DNA of 60,124 nt, counting the filler, from Bipalium vagum (taxonomy: Eukaryota), in the NCBI GenBank assembly GCA_037834085.1. It is 3 parts of 3 records of this genome, joined end to end, with 100 filler letters (N's around TTAATTAATTAA, not from the genome) between each part and the next. Parts side by side here need not be neighbours in the genome. Positions count along the whole stretch, not along the records: positions 20,612 to 41,412 come from JBBMKC010246552.1; positions 41,513 to 60,124 come from JBBMKC010024413.1; 1 more part is not named here. One strand, 5' to 3'. The translations under genes were made by a program, and so were the position numbers. Shown here piece by piece: positions 40,186-52,990 of this stretch (positions within the stretch are counted from its first letter, which is position 1; each line of letters begins with the position of its first letter). The notes under the pieces were generated by a model. The model did no database searches. It was not told the DNA's origin and worked only from the letters and a program-made list of their open reading frames with translations.

Positions 40186-41412
40186 ATATCATAATCTTAT
40201 TTCTGGAGAAATTCGGGAAATTACAAGAAATTAAAATTAATCACAGTGAGGTTTACAACATGGATTATTTTCCATCAATATGTCAAGGAAATTCTAATTT
40301 TGACCATCAAACTGCCAAAAGAAATTATTCGTAGGATAGAAATGTCATTGTGTAAACAAACCATCTTTAATCCTATTAATCTTAATTATTAATAAATTGC
40401 TGCAGTTGGAAATAAATAAAACGATGTAAAAGTAAACGTGCAAGTCTAGTTTAAAAATCGGAATAAATACCATCATTAAAACAATGAAATATAATATAAG
40501 AATTTTGGTAGTTTTATTTAAGATTTTTATTATTATTATAAATTTATTAAAACAATTTGTTTTAATCAAAGAAGATTTTAAAATTAGATTATAATTTCAT
40601 ATCGTTCTGCTTTTTATTAATTTATAATAATTTATAGGAGAATTTTAATCAATAATTTTTATTGAAAATTAAAACAAAAAATGATAAATTTTAAATGTCA
40701 ACAACATTTTACCAGTAATATTTTTGTTTCATTTTAATTAATAAACCTTATTTATAAAACTTTTTAAAAATAATACGCAAATAAATGAGAAATGATTAAT
40801 TAAAAAATTAATTCGTTAATTAAATTTACAAAGAAAATTGCAAAAGTTATTTTATTTTGTAATTATTTGATTAATTATTTAAAAAAAATAAAAATATAAA
40901 TGAAAAAAGAATTTATTTTTAAGATAAATTAAAAAAAGTATTCTTTCAGCGAACATAGTTAAAACAAAATAAATAGGTAACCATTTTTTCTTTTTTTAAA
41001 AATATTTTAAAAAAAACGTTTTACACCTTTACGATGATTAAGTTGAGGAAAATATGAAAAAATTCAATATATTAAAAATTATTTAATATGTAATAAAATA
41101 ATATATTAATGACATCATTTAAAAATTTGTTAATAAAAGAATTTAAGAATGTATTAATTAGATAATTTTTAGATGTATAATAATTTTTAATTTTTTATTA
41201 TTAATTTGTTTTAATGATTTTTAATTTTTAATTAATTAATTAATCAATAAATTTTATTGACCTCCTTATCGATTTCTTTTATTTTAGACCAAATACAGAG
41301 TGGCGCAAAAGTTAATTAATAAATTTAAAAATTCAAAAAAAATAAAATCAATATTTATTTATTTTGAAATAATTGTAGATATAAAAATGGATTCCAGGAA
41401 ATTAATGTCACA

Positions 41413-41512
41413 NNNNNNNNNNNNNNNNNNNNNNNNNNNNNNNNNNNNNNNNNNNNTTAATTAATTAANNNNNNNNNNNNNNNNNNNNNNNNNNNNNNNN
41501 NNNNNNNNNNNN
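41413..41512. other. Artificial contig spacer N44-TTAATTAATTAA-N44
   Basis: Identical in layout to 20512-20611. Confidence 0.97.
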
Positions 41513-42270
41513 AATAACCTTTATGCTAACAACAAAGAAACCAATTACCTCTCAATTTCAAACATGGATCAATTATCTCAGTAGTCTAGGCATGAGATTA
41601 GAATACAGGAAAGGGATTACACATTCAAATACAGATATGCTTTCAAGGTTGAAATGCGATACATGTGCGCAATGTCAGACACAGCATGAAGAACCAAAAT
41701 GGGAAGAGTTCGAACAAAGATTTTAGACGCGGTAACAATAGAAAGGCATCAGCTAAAGACGGAAGCAGAAAGAACTAAAATGTGCGAAGATAAGACGTTT
41801 CAAGTTATCGATTGGTCGGCTCATCATATGCTTTCACATGCTGGAGCAGAAAAAGTTGCCTATTATATGAAAGACAATTACTCAATTCAAAATTTGAAGG
41901 AAAAAGTTCAGGAGATAATTAAAACGTGTGAAGCTTGTCAGAGATATTAAGTGGTCACAACGAAGACCAAGGAAGAAGTACAGAAAGTAGAGACGTGTAG
42001 ATATATGTGGGCCTTTAAGAGAAACTACCGGAAGAAAAAAAAATATCCTTGGTATTATAGATAAATATAGCAAATATATTTCGTTTACCGCTATGGTAAG
42101 ACAAGATGAAAACTCTGTGCAAAAGATAATTATGAATAATTGGATATTGAAGTTCGGAAACCCAAAAACAATAAATGTGGATTGTGGTAAAGTGTTTGAA
42201 TCTAAAGCCATGAAGGATTTTGCAAAGAGAGTTAATGCCAATCTCTGTTTTTCGAGTCCATACCATCACA
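41513..42270 (+). mobile_element. Ty3/Gypsy pol remnant (RNase H end plus integrase)
   Basis: LEYRKGITHSNTDMLSR; HHCC motif HHMLSHAG...CEACQ; core WILKFGNPKTINVDCGKVFES...FSSPYHH. Frameshifted. Confidence 0.9.
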
Positions 42271-42439
42271 ATTTTTCTAAATAATTATATTTTTCTTGTT
42301 AAATTTTGAGAATATTTTTTTCTCTGAATTAAAATTTTTCATATTTTAATAAAATAAAATAGTATAAATTATTTTACAATTCGTAATATATTTCTTCTTT
42401 TTTTATATACAACAATGTTTTTCTTTCTTTAATATAGTA

Positions 42440-42960
42440 ATTAAATAAGTATTCACAATCTTTTTCAATAAAATGTTTTAACATATCTGAATGAATATAA
42501 GTTTATTCTTAGAAATTTAAAAAATATATTTAAAATTTTGAATTATTTCTTATACCTCTTAAAAGTACATAAAAAGATAGAGATAAATAAATAGCAGAAC
42601 ATTTATTAAGTCTTACTCTTGTAAAATAAATATCTATTATATCTTGACTCTTTCATTAATAAAATCATCAACAATACTTAAGTTTTTTAATTTCTTATCT
42701 AATTCATCTGAAGGTGGAATTCTATTATCTTTATGAGATATTGTAACTTTTAATTTTCTTTTTTATAATTCATAATTTGTTCTTGAAATTTAATTCTCCT
42801 TTTCTCTTTAAACATTTCATAAGCATTTTTTTAAAATAAGTTATAATTGAAACAATCTTTGATATATTAAAAGCGGATTTTAAAGAAAGAAATCAACACA
42901 ATTTGTAGTTAATAGCATTTTATATAATAATTCTGCTTTTTCAAAACCGGGTGGTCCAAA
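42440..42960 (-). mobile_element. Polinton/adintovirus packaging ATPase remnant
   Basis: Decayed Walker A FGPPGFEKAELLYKMLL; IPPSDELDKKLKNLSIVDDFINEKSQD (Walker B region); IYFTRVRLNKCSAIY resembles YFTRGRHNNCDCIY. Confidence 0.75.
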
Positions 42961-43039
42961 ATTTTTATTATCTAGGAATGACAACTAAAAAACAAAATAG
43001 TTGAAAATACGAAAATTTGACATTTGAAGATATCGTCAT

Positions 43040-43440
43040 GTAATAGCATGTTAACACAAGCTTAAGCTGAGAACGTGGCATATTACATGCTAGATTACAA
43101 ATTTGAAAGTAAAGGTACATGAAAACATTAGAACGTGTCAAGCTTGCCAAAGATATAAAGTAGTTACAATTTAAACAACAGAAGAAATACAAATGTTAAA
43201 CCATCAAATCATTTTGAAAATTATTCTTAGATATCTGTGAAAAGCTTAGAAAAACCACCCGCAGAAAAAATATAATTTTCTGAAGTCTTAGTTAAAATCG
43301 AATTCCGAGGCAAGTAAAATGAGAGAAATGACAAGCCTTACGATGTCATTCAAAAATTTCATTATTGAAGATAAATATTACAAATACCAATGGAAAGAAA
43401 ATTGAGAAGAATGTTGAGAAAATTAAAATCGTTTTGTGAA
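43040..43440 (+). mobile_element. Second, more decayed Gypsy integrase fragment
   Basis: ENVAYYM...RTCQACQRYKVVT parallels 41820-42060. Confidence 0.7.
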
Positions 43441-43971
43441 TTGGTGAATAAGAAGGCTCCTAGAGCTGTTGCAATACCAACATTCATTTATTTCAGACTA
43501 AGAATTTTTGATTTTAAAACCCTTTATATATTTATAATATTATAATTTTTAAAAAATAAAAAATATTTAACATTTTTATTTAAGTATTTTGATTTGATAT
43601 TAAAGAATTGAATTTAATTGAATTTAAGAATATTTAAGTAATGTATTGTGAAATTTAATTTTATGTAATGTAACTTAATAAACTAATAATTTTTAAATTA
43701 AGTTATTTTTTGAAAAATTATCTCTTATGGATTGCAAGCGCATAGATGTTAATATACCTAATATATTATAACAGGTAACTAAATTTGAATCTTTATTTTT
43801 GAAATTTAAATATAAAAATAAGAGGCATTTTAAAAGCAGGTTTATAAATCTAACATAAAAAAATTCTGAAAATGAAACAATCTCTATTAATATTTGAAAT
43901 CATTAGTATAAAACGAAATGTTAAACATTTGTTAAAATAATTGATTAATTATATAAATTTTTCTTTAAAAG

Positions 43972-44221
43972 GTTATTGGAGCAGAATCAGGAAAAAGTGG
44001 TTTTATCAATACTAAGTCATTAAACAAAGACGAAAAAGTTACTTTCTTAGATATCTGTAAGAAGTATGATACGAGTACCACAAAAAAGCTGACAAACAAC
44101 AAAAAGGTTCAAGTTAATGATACTTTTGTTCACTTATCTAAAAGCTGTTTGGACAAATCACTGTTTGATGCTTCTATTATCTCTCAAAAATCAATTATTG
44201 AAAGCAAATGTAATCAGCCTG
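43972..44221 (+). CDS. Probable upstream exon of the kinesin-13 gene
   Basis: AAAG| acceptor, 83 open codons (VIGAESGKSG...KCNQP), strong phase-1 donor G|GTAAGT matching the phase-1 acceptor at 50071. Confidence 0.55.
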
Positions 44222-44699
44222 GTAAGTAAAGTTCTAAAGATATTACTTTAAAAATATCATATATTTATCAACTTATAATGTATAATAATATATATAAAAT
44301 AAATTTCTGTTTGTTTACAATTGCGCTGCGTATATGATTTACTTTTACGAACTCGTTAATTGAAAAATTAAGGTGATCAGTTACTACTACTACTACTACT
44401 TTACTACTTTAATACATTTCACAAAGTACAATCATTGTTTTAATTAATTTTTTAATAATCATAAAATATTTTATAAAATTTAGACTTAATAAATGAAAAT
44501 ATAATTGTAAGTGAAAGTTATTTTTTAACTTCTAATATAGAAAACTACAGAATATGAAAAGTAGTACTCCATCTTCCAATAATATTTTTAATGTATTTTT
44601 TACCACACAATTGATGCGACAGTATGTTGAAGATAATGTTCATAATTATTCCACAGTGCAGATATTTTCATACCATGCTACTGTTCATAGCAATTTTTA

Positions 44700-44980
44700 T
44701 ACCAATGTATAACCTCCGAATTTGGGCATTTTGTTCTATGATACCTTTAGATGGAAGATCAAAATGCCTATATGTGATTATTGGAGTTGGTTGGGTCTGA
44801 GAAGTTTTATAAGTGATTAACAGTTTGTTGCACATATCCAAGAGCGCCAAACTATTGGTATGAAGCTCATTGATCCGAATGTATTTTTCATCCTAATGCT
44901 ATCCAGTTTTTAATAACTGTATTAATGTTTCAGTATTAGATTCCTCAACACATTACAAGATATCTCTTCGCAGAATTTCG
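44700..44980 (-). mobile_element. Merlin (ISXO2/IS1595-like) transposase remnant
   Basis: TETLITVIKNWIALG*KIHSDQ*ASYQ*FGALGYVQQTVNHL*NFSDP resembles TLLPII-KWI-PGT-IHSD-WRAY...TVNHS-NFVDP. Confidence 0.8.
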
Positions 44981-45061
44981 TAAATTTGAGTACTCAATAT
45001 TAATGCACAACATTTCCATCATTTATGTTCATCTTAAAATTAAAGTTTCGTTTATTTCTAC

Positions 45062-46006
45062 TGTTAAGATCCTAAGATGATGGAATAAGTTGATATTAAA
45101 GGTGGAGCTTACTGAAATACTTAGGCCTTAACGGTTGAAGGTTGCTTATAGATGTGTTCGGTTAGAGTTATTTAAATTGATTAAGAAAACGATTTATCTT
45201 TTAATACTTTTATTTTGGTTCAAAATGAAGTTTAATATTACAAATGGTGATATCGATTCTGACTGATTGGATTTTATTAATTATTATTTAGGAAAAATCC
45301 TCTTGCTCTTAGGCTCAGAGGTATATTGAAAATATAAAAATTGAACTTTTAATACATTTTATTAAACTTTGATACATGAATATATCAAGTCAAAACAAAA
45401 TAAAGTTACTTTACTTAAAACAAAAACTTTGAACATAAAAATTTGGTTGAAATAGGTTTCTTCTAGCCTGAGACTGTTTTGTCGTCGAATAGCAAGGATC
45501 GTTGCTTTTGAAAGAATGGTACTGATGACTTTGAGTTCCGAGTTCGAATTGTTCTACGTTTTACTGGAACGGTGCTGCCGTTTCTTTTTGCTGCTTATAT
45601 TTTGTTACTTGTTTTGCTTTGTAGATTTTTGTTTAGTTGACTGGCCAACGTTTTTATAGTAGACAACTTGCTGGTTGGTACTTGCACGAATTGATTGTGT
45701 GGGTCCTTGTAGTATTCTTTTTAACTGTCGTAGGATTCTGTTGAAACTGGTTAACTATGCTTCGTCTGTTCAAAAAATTTTTGTTTTATCCGCACGTAAA
45801 AACTCGATTTATTGCTGATTATAAAAATTTGTTGTGTCTCCTATAATTCCTGTTGTCTTTATATACCTCCTTAATTCCTTTCTTTCATAAAATTGGTAAG
45901 CCTCTGCTTCCAAATATAATTTTATTATACTTCTTTTTTCTATTTTTATCATTTTTTGATAAACAAATTTTTAGTATTTTTCTATTAATGGTAACGTGAT
46001 GTTACC
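45062..46006 (-). mobile_element. Solo-LTR-like repeat
   Basis: Plus-strand end TGTTAAGATCCTAA is homologous to 19472-19538. The far boundary is guessed near the hairpin ATGGTAAC-GTGAT-GTTACCAT. Confidence 0.5.
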
Positions 46007-46299
46007 ATATTATTTTTTTTTAAAATATAATTTATAGGTAATAGATAAATAAATAAATAAATATGATTGCTACTAATACTAATACATGTTATATTAATAT
46101 TTAAACATGTCATTACTATACTATTTCATTTCCTTTTGTCTATTATTTATCATTGTTTAATTTTTGTTTTATTATTTAATATTAATTAATTTAATCAGTC
46201 AAAATTGATTTACAATATCAATAAAATACAATTTCAAAATATGTATAAAATATATATTTTTGATTATTAATCATTAAAAAATAAAATACAATTTCAAAT

Positions 46300-46523
46300 A
46301 ATGTCAAGTACATATATGGAAGAAAGATGAATTCATCAATGATGTCAAGAAAAGTTGTCACGAATTAGATCACAAATAAATAATGTTAGGATGTCAATTT
46401 TTGGATTGTTCTGGGCTGCTTGTTACTGGTGGCGCTTGATTTGAGCATTTAGACTGCTCCAGGTTGGTTGGGATGGGTGTTGGACTTGTTGGTTGTACTG
46501 TTTGTCGGAGTCTCCACACTACG
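46300..46523 (-). mobile_element. LTR-like 5' fragment related to 18181-18793
   Basis: Reverse complement GTAGTGTGGAGACTCC followed by a similar CA-rich tract. Confidence 0.45.
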
Positions 46524-47199
46524 AAGCAACTATGACTGACTACCAGGTATCCCTTGAATGTTAAACATTTTTGAATAGCAAATGTCTCATGAATATTGGA
46601 ACCATTGTATCGTAATACTTTTATCAGTGCTTGTTAGTTCGACAGCAGTGATCACTGGCACATTTATCATCCAATAAAAAAGAACTTCACAATTCTTCGA
46701 ATAGGTAAAAAATACCTGCCAGCAAAATTGCCCTTTCGTAAATTGATTTCCTTTTTGTGTACTTAGTCTTAGTTCAACGGAAAGCATCCATCAATTTTAC
46801 CCGAATATGTTGCAGGTTCATATTTTTAACACAAGAGCATATTTTTAATTTTGGAATTAAAATGACCCTGTAATATATTTATTATCATTTTGTCATTGTA
46901 TTTAAAATACCTGTAACTAATCAATAACTCTTTCTTTTCTAAAATTTTTTAAATAATGTAGTTGCTTTTGAATCTATTAGTATTTAGAATTTTCAAATAT
47001 ATATCAATTAATAAAACAGCAAACATATAATAGGAGTACAAAAGTACTATTTTAAATTAAAATATCTTTAGTAATTTTAGATCAATTTATTTATTTTTTT
47101 ATAATATGTAGAACAAAGTTCAAAACTTTATTACATAAGAAATCACAAAAAAATGACTACATGAACACTGTTTCTATCTAATACCACATTCATTCTTTT

Positions 47200-47560
47200 A
47201 GAAATTTCTAAAAACACTCATTCAACCGGACCTCTTTTTTCCAATACATATACACGAGACATTTTTATTCAGCCACTTTCGAACTATCAACGAGTAGTGT
47301 GCTGGAATATTATCTCCCAATCCAATCGTTTCTTGTGTTTAGATGATCTAAAAATAATTATTCAGAATTTCAAGGTTATTTTTTGTAGTTTTATTTTTAT
47401 AAAATATATACCAAACATTAACTTTTGGAGAATTATCTCGATATTCATATATATCTGTTGACTTCTTAGTTTCCCATATTTTAAAATCTGCTTTTAAATA
47501 TAAGAAGCCTGAGAATCTGTCATAAGAGTTCCTTAAATTATACAACTACTTCTCTTTCAT
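47200..47560 (-). mobile_element. Tc1/mariner-superfamily transposase remnant
   Basis: IWETKK...RDNSPKVNVW and IPAHYSLIVRKWLNKN...IG resemble DGAPAHYSLNVRQWLN...WIG. Confidence 0.7.
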
Positions 47561-48869
47561 TTTAGATCTGCAAAGTCGAAAATTGAAGTTTTATAGATAA
47601 ACTGAAATATTTAAATATAATTTAAAACACATCAGTATTTGATTTCAATTTTTCAATAATAAAATGAAGACGTGGGTTACAGCTGAAAAATATAAATCAA
47701 GAATTTCTATCTTCGGTTTCTTTATTTTGTTGATGTAATCAATCACTATGCCTAATTAGTATTAATAATAAACACATTGCTCACGGATTAAGATTCATTC
47801 TTAAAAATTATTCACTAGATCTAGAGAAATTAAGAAATTTTACATTAAACAAACATAATAAATAAATAATCAATTATTTATTTATTTTTGAAGTTAAGTA
47901 ATGAATTTTTGTAGACAACGACCATCAAATTAAAATCATTTATCTGGAAATTTGTTCAATATTTTTTCATTTCAGTCTCAAATTATTCATTTTTAATCAC
48001 AATTTTGAATTAATCTAAAAATGATTAAATTTTATAATTTATCAGATTATTTGAAATATGAATATATTTTAGTTTTCTTTAGGAAATCTCTCATTATTCC
48101 TGTTTTTATCTTTATTGAATTGGTTTAAAATTGCTTATTTTATTTCAAACCAGTTATCCTAATGAAGTAATAAGAGGAAAATCTACTGACAGTTTAATTG
48201 TAATTTTCCTTAGAATTTAGAAACAATTTCCACCGAAGGATTTTTATTGAAAAAATTCCTGAAATGTTGATATTTTGAAATCTAATTATAATTAACTTGT
48301 AGAACTTAACTTATTAACATATTTATTCATAAAATTACATTATTTAATTTGCATAAAATACTATTATTTTCTAATTAACTTCATTTTTTTCAAAATATCA
48401 AATGATGAGAATTTTTACTAGTGAAAAGTATGAATCCTTAAACTTTTTTGTAATTGTGGATTAGGTTATTGAAGCATAAATCATAGGACAGAGACATGAT
48501 AAATGAAAAATGTCCTCATCTATTAAAATAAAGAATTATATTTCTCCCATAGTTCCTACAAGGGAATGATTTCTTAATATGGATTACTTTAAATTGATCA
48601 TGATTAAAATAAAAATTAATGAAAAAATAATTAATAATGAAATAAATCATATTATCCAATATATTTTTTAATAGCGAAATCTGGAAAAACATGAGAAATA
48701 AGTTAATTTTTGAAATAAAAAATTATTTTTACAAATTTTATCACCCAACGACAGGATTGGTCGGCTGGTTGTCAGGAGTTACTATTTAAGTGACAGACCA
48801 CAGCAGAAGCTCCGGAAATAAAGTCAGAAAATTATTTATAAATATATTACTTAAAAAGAATATTGTTCG

Positions 48870-49454
48870 GAGATTTTTTAGAAAATATTGTTCTCTGATA
48901 CCGTCAGAAGAAATATTGGAAAGAACCTTGTTTTTCTTTGTTACTATATCTCAACAGAGATTTTTCGTTTCTTCCAGGAGCTTAAGATTTTTACCGAATA
49001 GTCAGCCTATTATTGCCATTATAGTTAAAATTAAAGTTATATGTTAAATAACACTTATAATAGATATTACGAAGGTATGCGCTACAAAAAACATATGAAC
49101 ATTGGGTGGAATCAAATCTATCACTCTAATAAAATCAAATGTTAAATCAATATTCCCAGAATTATAGTCAAATGTTAGCATATTCTAATCCATAACGATC
49201 CTTAATACTATCGATCAAAAACATTTTTTAATAAATAGTCAATGCGAATTAAGGTTATTAATTACGACTCAATCAATTCAGTTATTAATGATACCAATTT
49301 TTAAAATTTGTCACCAAATTATTAAATTTACATTTACCTGACTAATAAGGAAGTATGAAAAAGACTTATAAATATGTATTTCATACACAAAGTCAATCAT
49401 TAATAAGTGATATTTTTTGACACATTTTATAGGAAGGATTGTTAAAATTCTTCC
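48870..49454 (-). pseudogene. Possible decayed DEAD-box helicase-like exons nested antisense in the kinesin intron
   Basis: Phase-compatible AG/GT-bounded open exons 49454-49338 (GRILTIL...LLMIDFVYE) and 49184-49071 (...IRVIDLIPPNVHMFFVAHTF), then LLEETKNLC*D...SSDGIREQYF. Motif order mimics GRI / DEAD / SAT / EGIRQFY. Confidence 0.3.
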
Positions 49455-50070
49455 CTAACCATTTTAAGCTGATAGAATGGGACATTATCCATATATCAAA
49501 TTTATCTTTCAACCTCGTAGCCTCGAATTTAAAATAAAGTTTCTTCAAAAGATCTAAGAAGGAAATACTTTTAAAAGCCTGAGTTTGAAATGAATTCACA
49601 ACACTATTTAATACTTTTTTCTTAATGATAATACTGATCCTTACCATACAGTTCGGCGTAAATTGTAGCAAATGTATGAGTTGAATTTAAAATCTTTGAT
49701 ACCCTATACATAGAGTTTTTTACATTTCTTCTAAAACAAGAGGGAATTTTAAAATTAATAGATAAAAATGAAATCTTCTGAAACAAATACAAAAGAAAAG
49801 TTGAAAAGTAAGAGAAGATTGAGCACTTTAAAATTTATTTCTCAAAGAAACTGCACTCAAACCCCGTTTTAAGGGACAGGTTCGTACAGCGTGAAAATGT
49901 CCCCTATATTGGAGTGTTCATTGTGTAATAACGTAATAACTAAAGTATTGCTGACATTTTAAAGCTATTTTTAGTTATTTTTAGTTGAAAAAAGAAGGGG
50001 AAATCACATTCCAAATGTAATAATTTATTTAAGGTACTCAAATTTTTAATTGACAGCAATTAAAATTTAG

Positions 50071-50221
50071 GGAAAAAAATAGAAATAGGATATTCAATTG
50101 GCAAAGAAGGGGAAAAGATGAAAAATAAAAAAGAGGAAAAACCTGTTAATCAGATACAATCAAAGGAAGCAATTATATTTGATAATACTGATCCAAATTA
50201 CGATTTTCAAATGATGATAAA
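50071..50221 (+). CDS. KIF2: Kinesin-13 exon (pre-neck and neck)
   Basis: ...DNTDPNYDFQMMIK resembles the neck PNWEF--MIK. A 53-bp GT-AG intron follows (50222-50274). Confidence 0.8.
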
Positions 50222-50274
50222 GTATTATTAATATGTTAATAATTACTAGTTCATTTGCTGACTTCAAATATAAG

Positions 50275-50378
50275 AGATTATCAAATGTCCTTGGAATACG
50301 AAAATCTTCCAATTTATAATTGCGATGAAGACCATAGAATATCTGTCTGTGTCAGAAAAAGGCCACTTAATAAAAAAG
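50275..50378 (+). CDS. KIF2: Kinesin-13 exon (neck and motor start)
   Basis: DYQMSLEY...DHRISVCVRKRPLNKK; donor G|GTGAGA. Confidence 0.92.
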
Positions 50379-50949
50379 GTGAGATAATAATTAATAAGAG
50401 TTTTCATCATAATTTTATAAAATATCTTTTTATTATTGTATTATTTTTATAATAATTTACGAAGAAATTTTATTCATTGTTTTTATTAAACCAAGATTTG
50501 ACAGGAAATTTTGATTAATTAAATGAAATGATAGTGTTTTGATTAGGGTTCACTGAACCTTATATTCATCATTCCACAATATAAAATAATTTAGTAAATT
50601 TTTTTGTACAATATGTTTTAGTTCCTTGTGAATCTAATATAATACATTGCCTATGGTTTCCATTTCTTTTTTCTTTCAAAATTCCTGTGTTTTTATTTTA
50701 TGTGATAATTTAAAGATAATTTTTGATTTTTCAACTCTCAGAAAAAAACATCTTTCTTTCTTTTGCAATTCAACACATAGTTATGACTTAGTCGACTTTT
50801 ACTATAGCTCGTCTTCCATACTTTTCATTTTAAAATACGAAAATTTATACGATTACTTTTTGAAAAACTGGTAAATACCAAAACTTTTTAACATTTTTTG
50901 AAAGAAATTAAGAATGCATATTTTCAGAAATCTCATTAATTTCGTTAAT

Positions 50950-51100
50950 TGTGGATTTCTTTAAACTGCTTTTAACATGTTTTTATATGAAATAATGTTC
51001 ATACGTTAAACAAAATGAAGCTTTCCTATCACTTTACTAGAAAAGCAGCCCTAAAAACATAACATTTCCATCACAATATTTCAAAATGGTCTGTATTTTA
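50950..51100 (-). mobile_element. Tc1 transposase remnant
   Basis: KYCDGNVMF*GCFSSKVIGKLHFV*RMN (across a frameshift) resembles [23 protein letters not shown]. Confidence 0.65.
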
Positions 51101-51420
51101 GGAGGAGTTCTGACTTGTGTTCGACCTGACATGAAGATTTAGTTTGCAGTTTATATTATCCTGACACAATTATGTTGATCATATATAATCCACTGGTTGT
51201 CGATTTTAAATTTTCTCTTTAAATGTTTTAACAGTTTTGATTTGTTTAGTGTGATGATACAATTCTCGTAAAAATTCTGTTCACCCTCTCTAAAAAATAA
51301 AAATTTTAATATATATTCATGTCTATTTATAAATTTATTTTTTTAAAGAATGGTTTAAAATATTTAGTTACTTATAAACTATTTAAATAAATTTAGTTAT
51401 TATGAAAACTTTTTAATATA

Positions 51421-51878
51421 CAGGGTGTAAATAAAGTCTCTTGAGTTTTCTTTGTTATTATTTAATGTAATCCCCGTTGAATTCTTTGTTTGGAATGAAT
51501 GGTTTTTAAGAGAATTTTTTGAATTCGAGCCATTACGCCAAAACAGTCTGAAAATTTTTAGATAATGAATTCCTGGATTAGTCGTATGGGACCTATTTCA
51601 TGGCCACCGCGTTCACCAGATTTAAGCCATCTTGACTTTTTCTTATGGGGACATCTCAAAACTAAGGTTTTTAAAAAGAGACCAAAAGATTCGGAAAATA
51701 TGAAAGCAATTATATAAGAAAAATGTCATGCTGACTTTCATTAAGCGTTTATGAAATTATCTATTTGAATGAAAATATAATTTTAAACATTTTGGTATTA
51801 TATCGTTTTAACTTTCTGTTGTTATTTTTCTGATAATGAGGTGAAATTTAGATCTCAAGGGACTTTACTTACATGCGT
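51421..51878 (+). mobile_element. Internally deleted Tc1/mariner-superfamily element
   Basis: TIRs CAGGGTGTAAATAAAGTCTCTTGAG / CTCAAGGGACTTTACTTACATGCGT with TA flanks. GPISWPPRSPDLSHLDFFLWGHLKTKVF. Confidence 0.85.
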
Positions 51879-51929
51879 TATATATATATATAATAAAGAA
51901 GTACATAATTCTAGAGCAATATATTGGAT

Positions 51930-52100
51930 AGAGAATTGTCTGTTTTTCACTACATCCAACCTGTAGTCCAGGCGTTGCGTCCTCCGATTCCCATTGGTTT
52001 TGTTCCGTGCAAAACTCATTGATTGGTAAAGCGATTAATCATGAGAATCTTATTAAACAGCACCCTGGGAGGTTCTTTGCAGGATAAAAGACACTAGTAC
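51930..52100 (+). mobile_element. Mariner C-terminal remnant
   Basis: HPTCSPGVASSDSHWFCSVQNSLIGK resembles HPPYSPDLAPSDYHLFRSLQNSLNGK. Confidence 0.7.
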
Positions 52101-52469
52101 AGAGAAATGCGAAATATATAATAAATTAATGTTGACTTTGTTATATCAAATAAACGAGCCTAAACTGGGAAAAATACAACAATAATAATAATCCAATATA
52201 TATTAATCTAGTGAACAATGATTTTTTATTTTTCAAGTATACGCTTTTTAAAAAACATTCTTGAACACACAAAATTTTAATTATACTAATATCTTTAAAC
52301 ATATTTTTATCTCTTCTTTCAGATCTTCTTTAGTAAATTTTATTCTTCTTCGATGTCTTTTCCTCAAATAATATCAATATCATGATTTTAATAAAATTAT
52401 TTACACTATTATTGGACAATTTTTTAAAAATATTAGTTAAAGAAAACATTAATCATCCATTTATTCCTG

Positions 52470-52990
52470 CTTGCTTCATTTTGTGAATTAATTTCTGATT
52501 TCAGTTTTTAAATTACTAATGATTCGCATATTTTTTTCTTCATCATTATTAAAGTTGTCCATTATTACACTAAACTCATTTTCATTGGCATATTTATTTC
52601 GTTGTCTTTCTTTGCAATTTACAGTATGATCCCACACTTTACTTGTTCTACTTCTTTTGAATTCTCACTAATTCGTGTCTTTAGGTGACGTTGTGTCTCC
52701 TCCCGATGTATAGATGACCACCTCCATGACATTGGAATTTATACACGATATTAACTTGCATTGATTTTGGATTCACTGTTTTGATTTTCAAAAAAATTCA
52801 TCGTTTACGTAGTTACAGATATTACTTTTAGGCCTTATTTATTGTCTGTAATATTGTACTTTTAAAAATCTTAAATCCGTCTGAATAGAGAATTTTAATA
52901 ATTTTCTTATGTTTACTTTTCTCTTTTTCTTTCTTCATATACCATTCTTGATTGTTCATAAATTTATTCAAGGTATCTTCTATCATATAT
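52470..52990 (-). mobile_element. Penelope-like retroelement remnant (GIY-YIG endonuclease)
   Basis: NIVYKFQCHGGGHLYIG / ETQRHLKTRISE / KVWDHTVNC / KICESLVI*KLKSEINSQ, with frameshifts. Confidence 0.8.
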
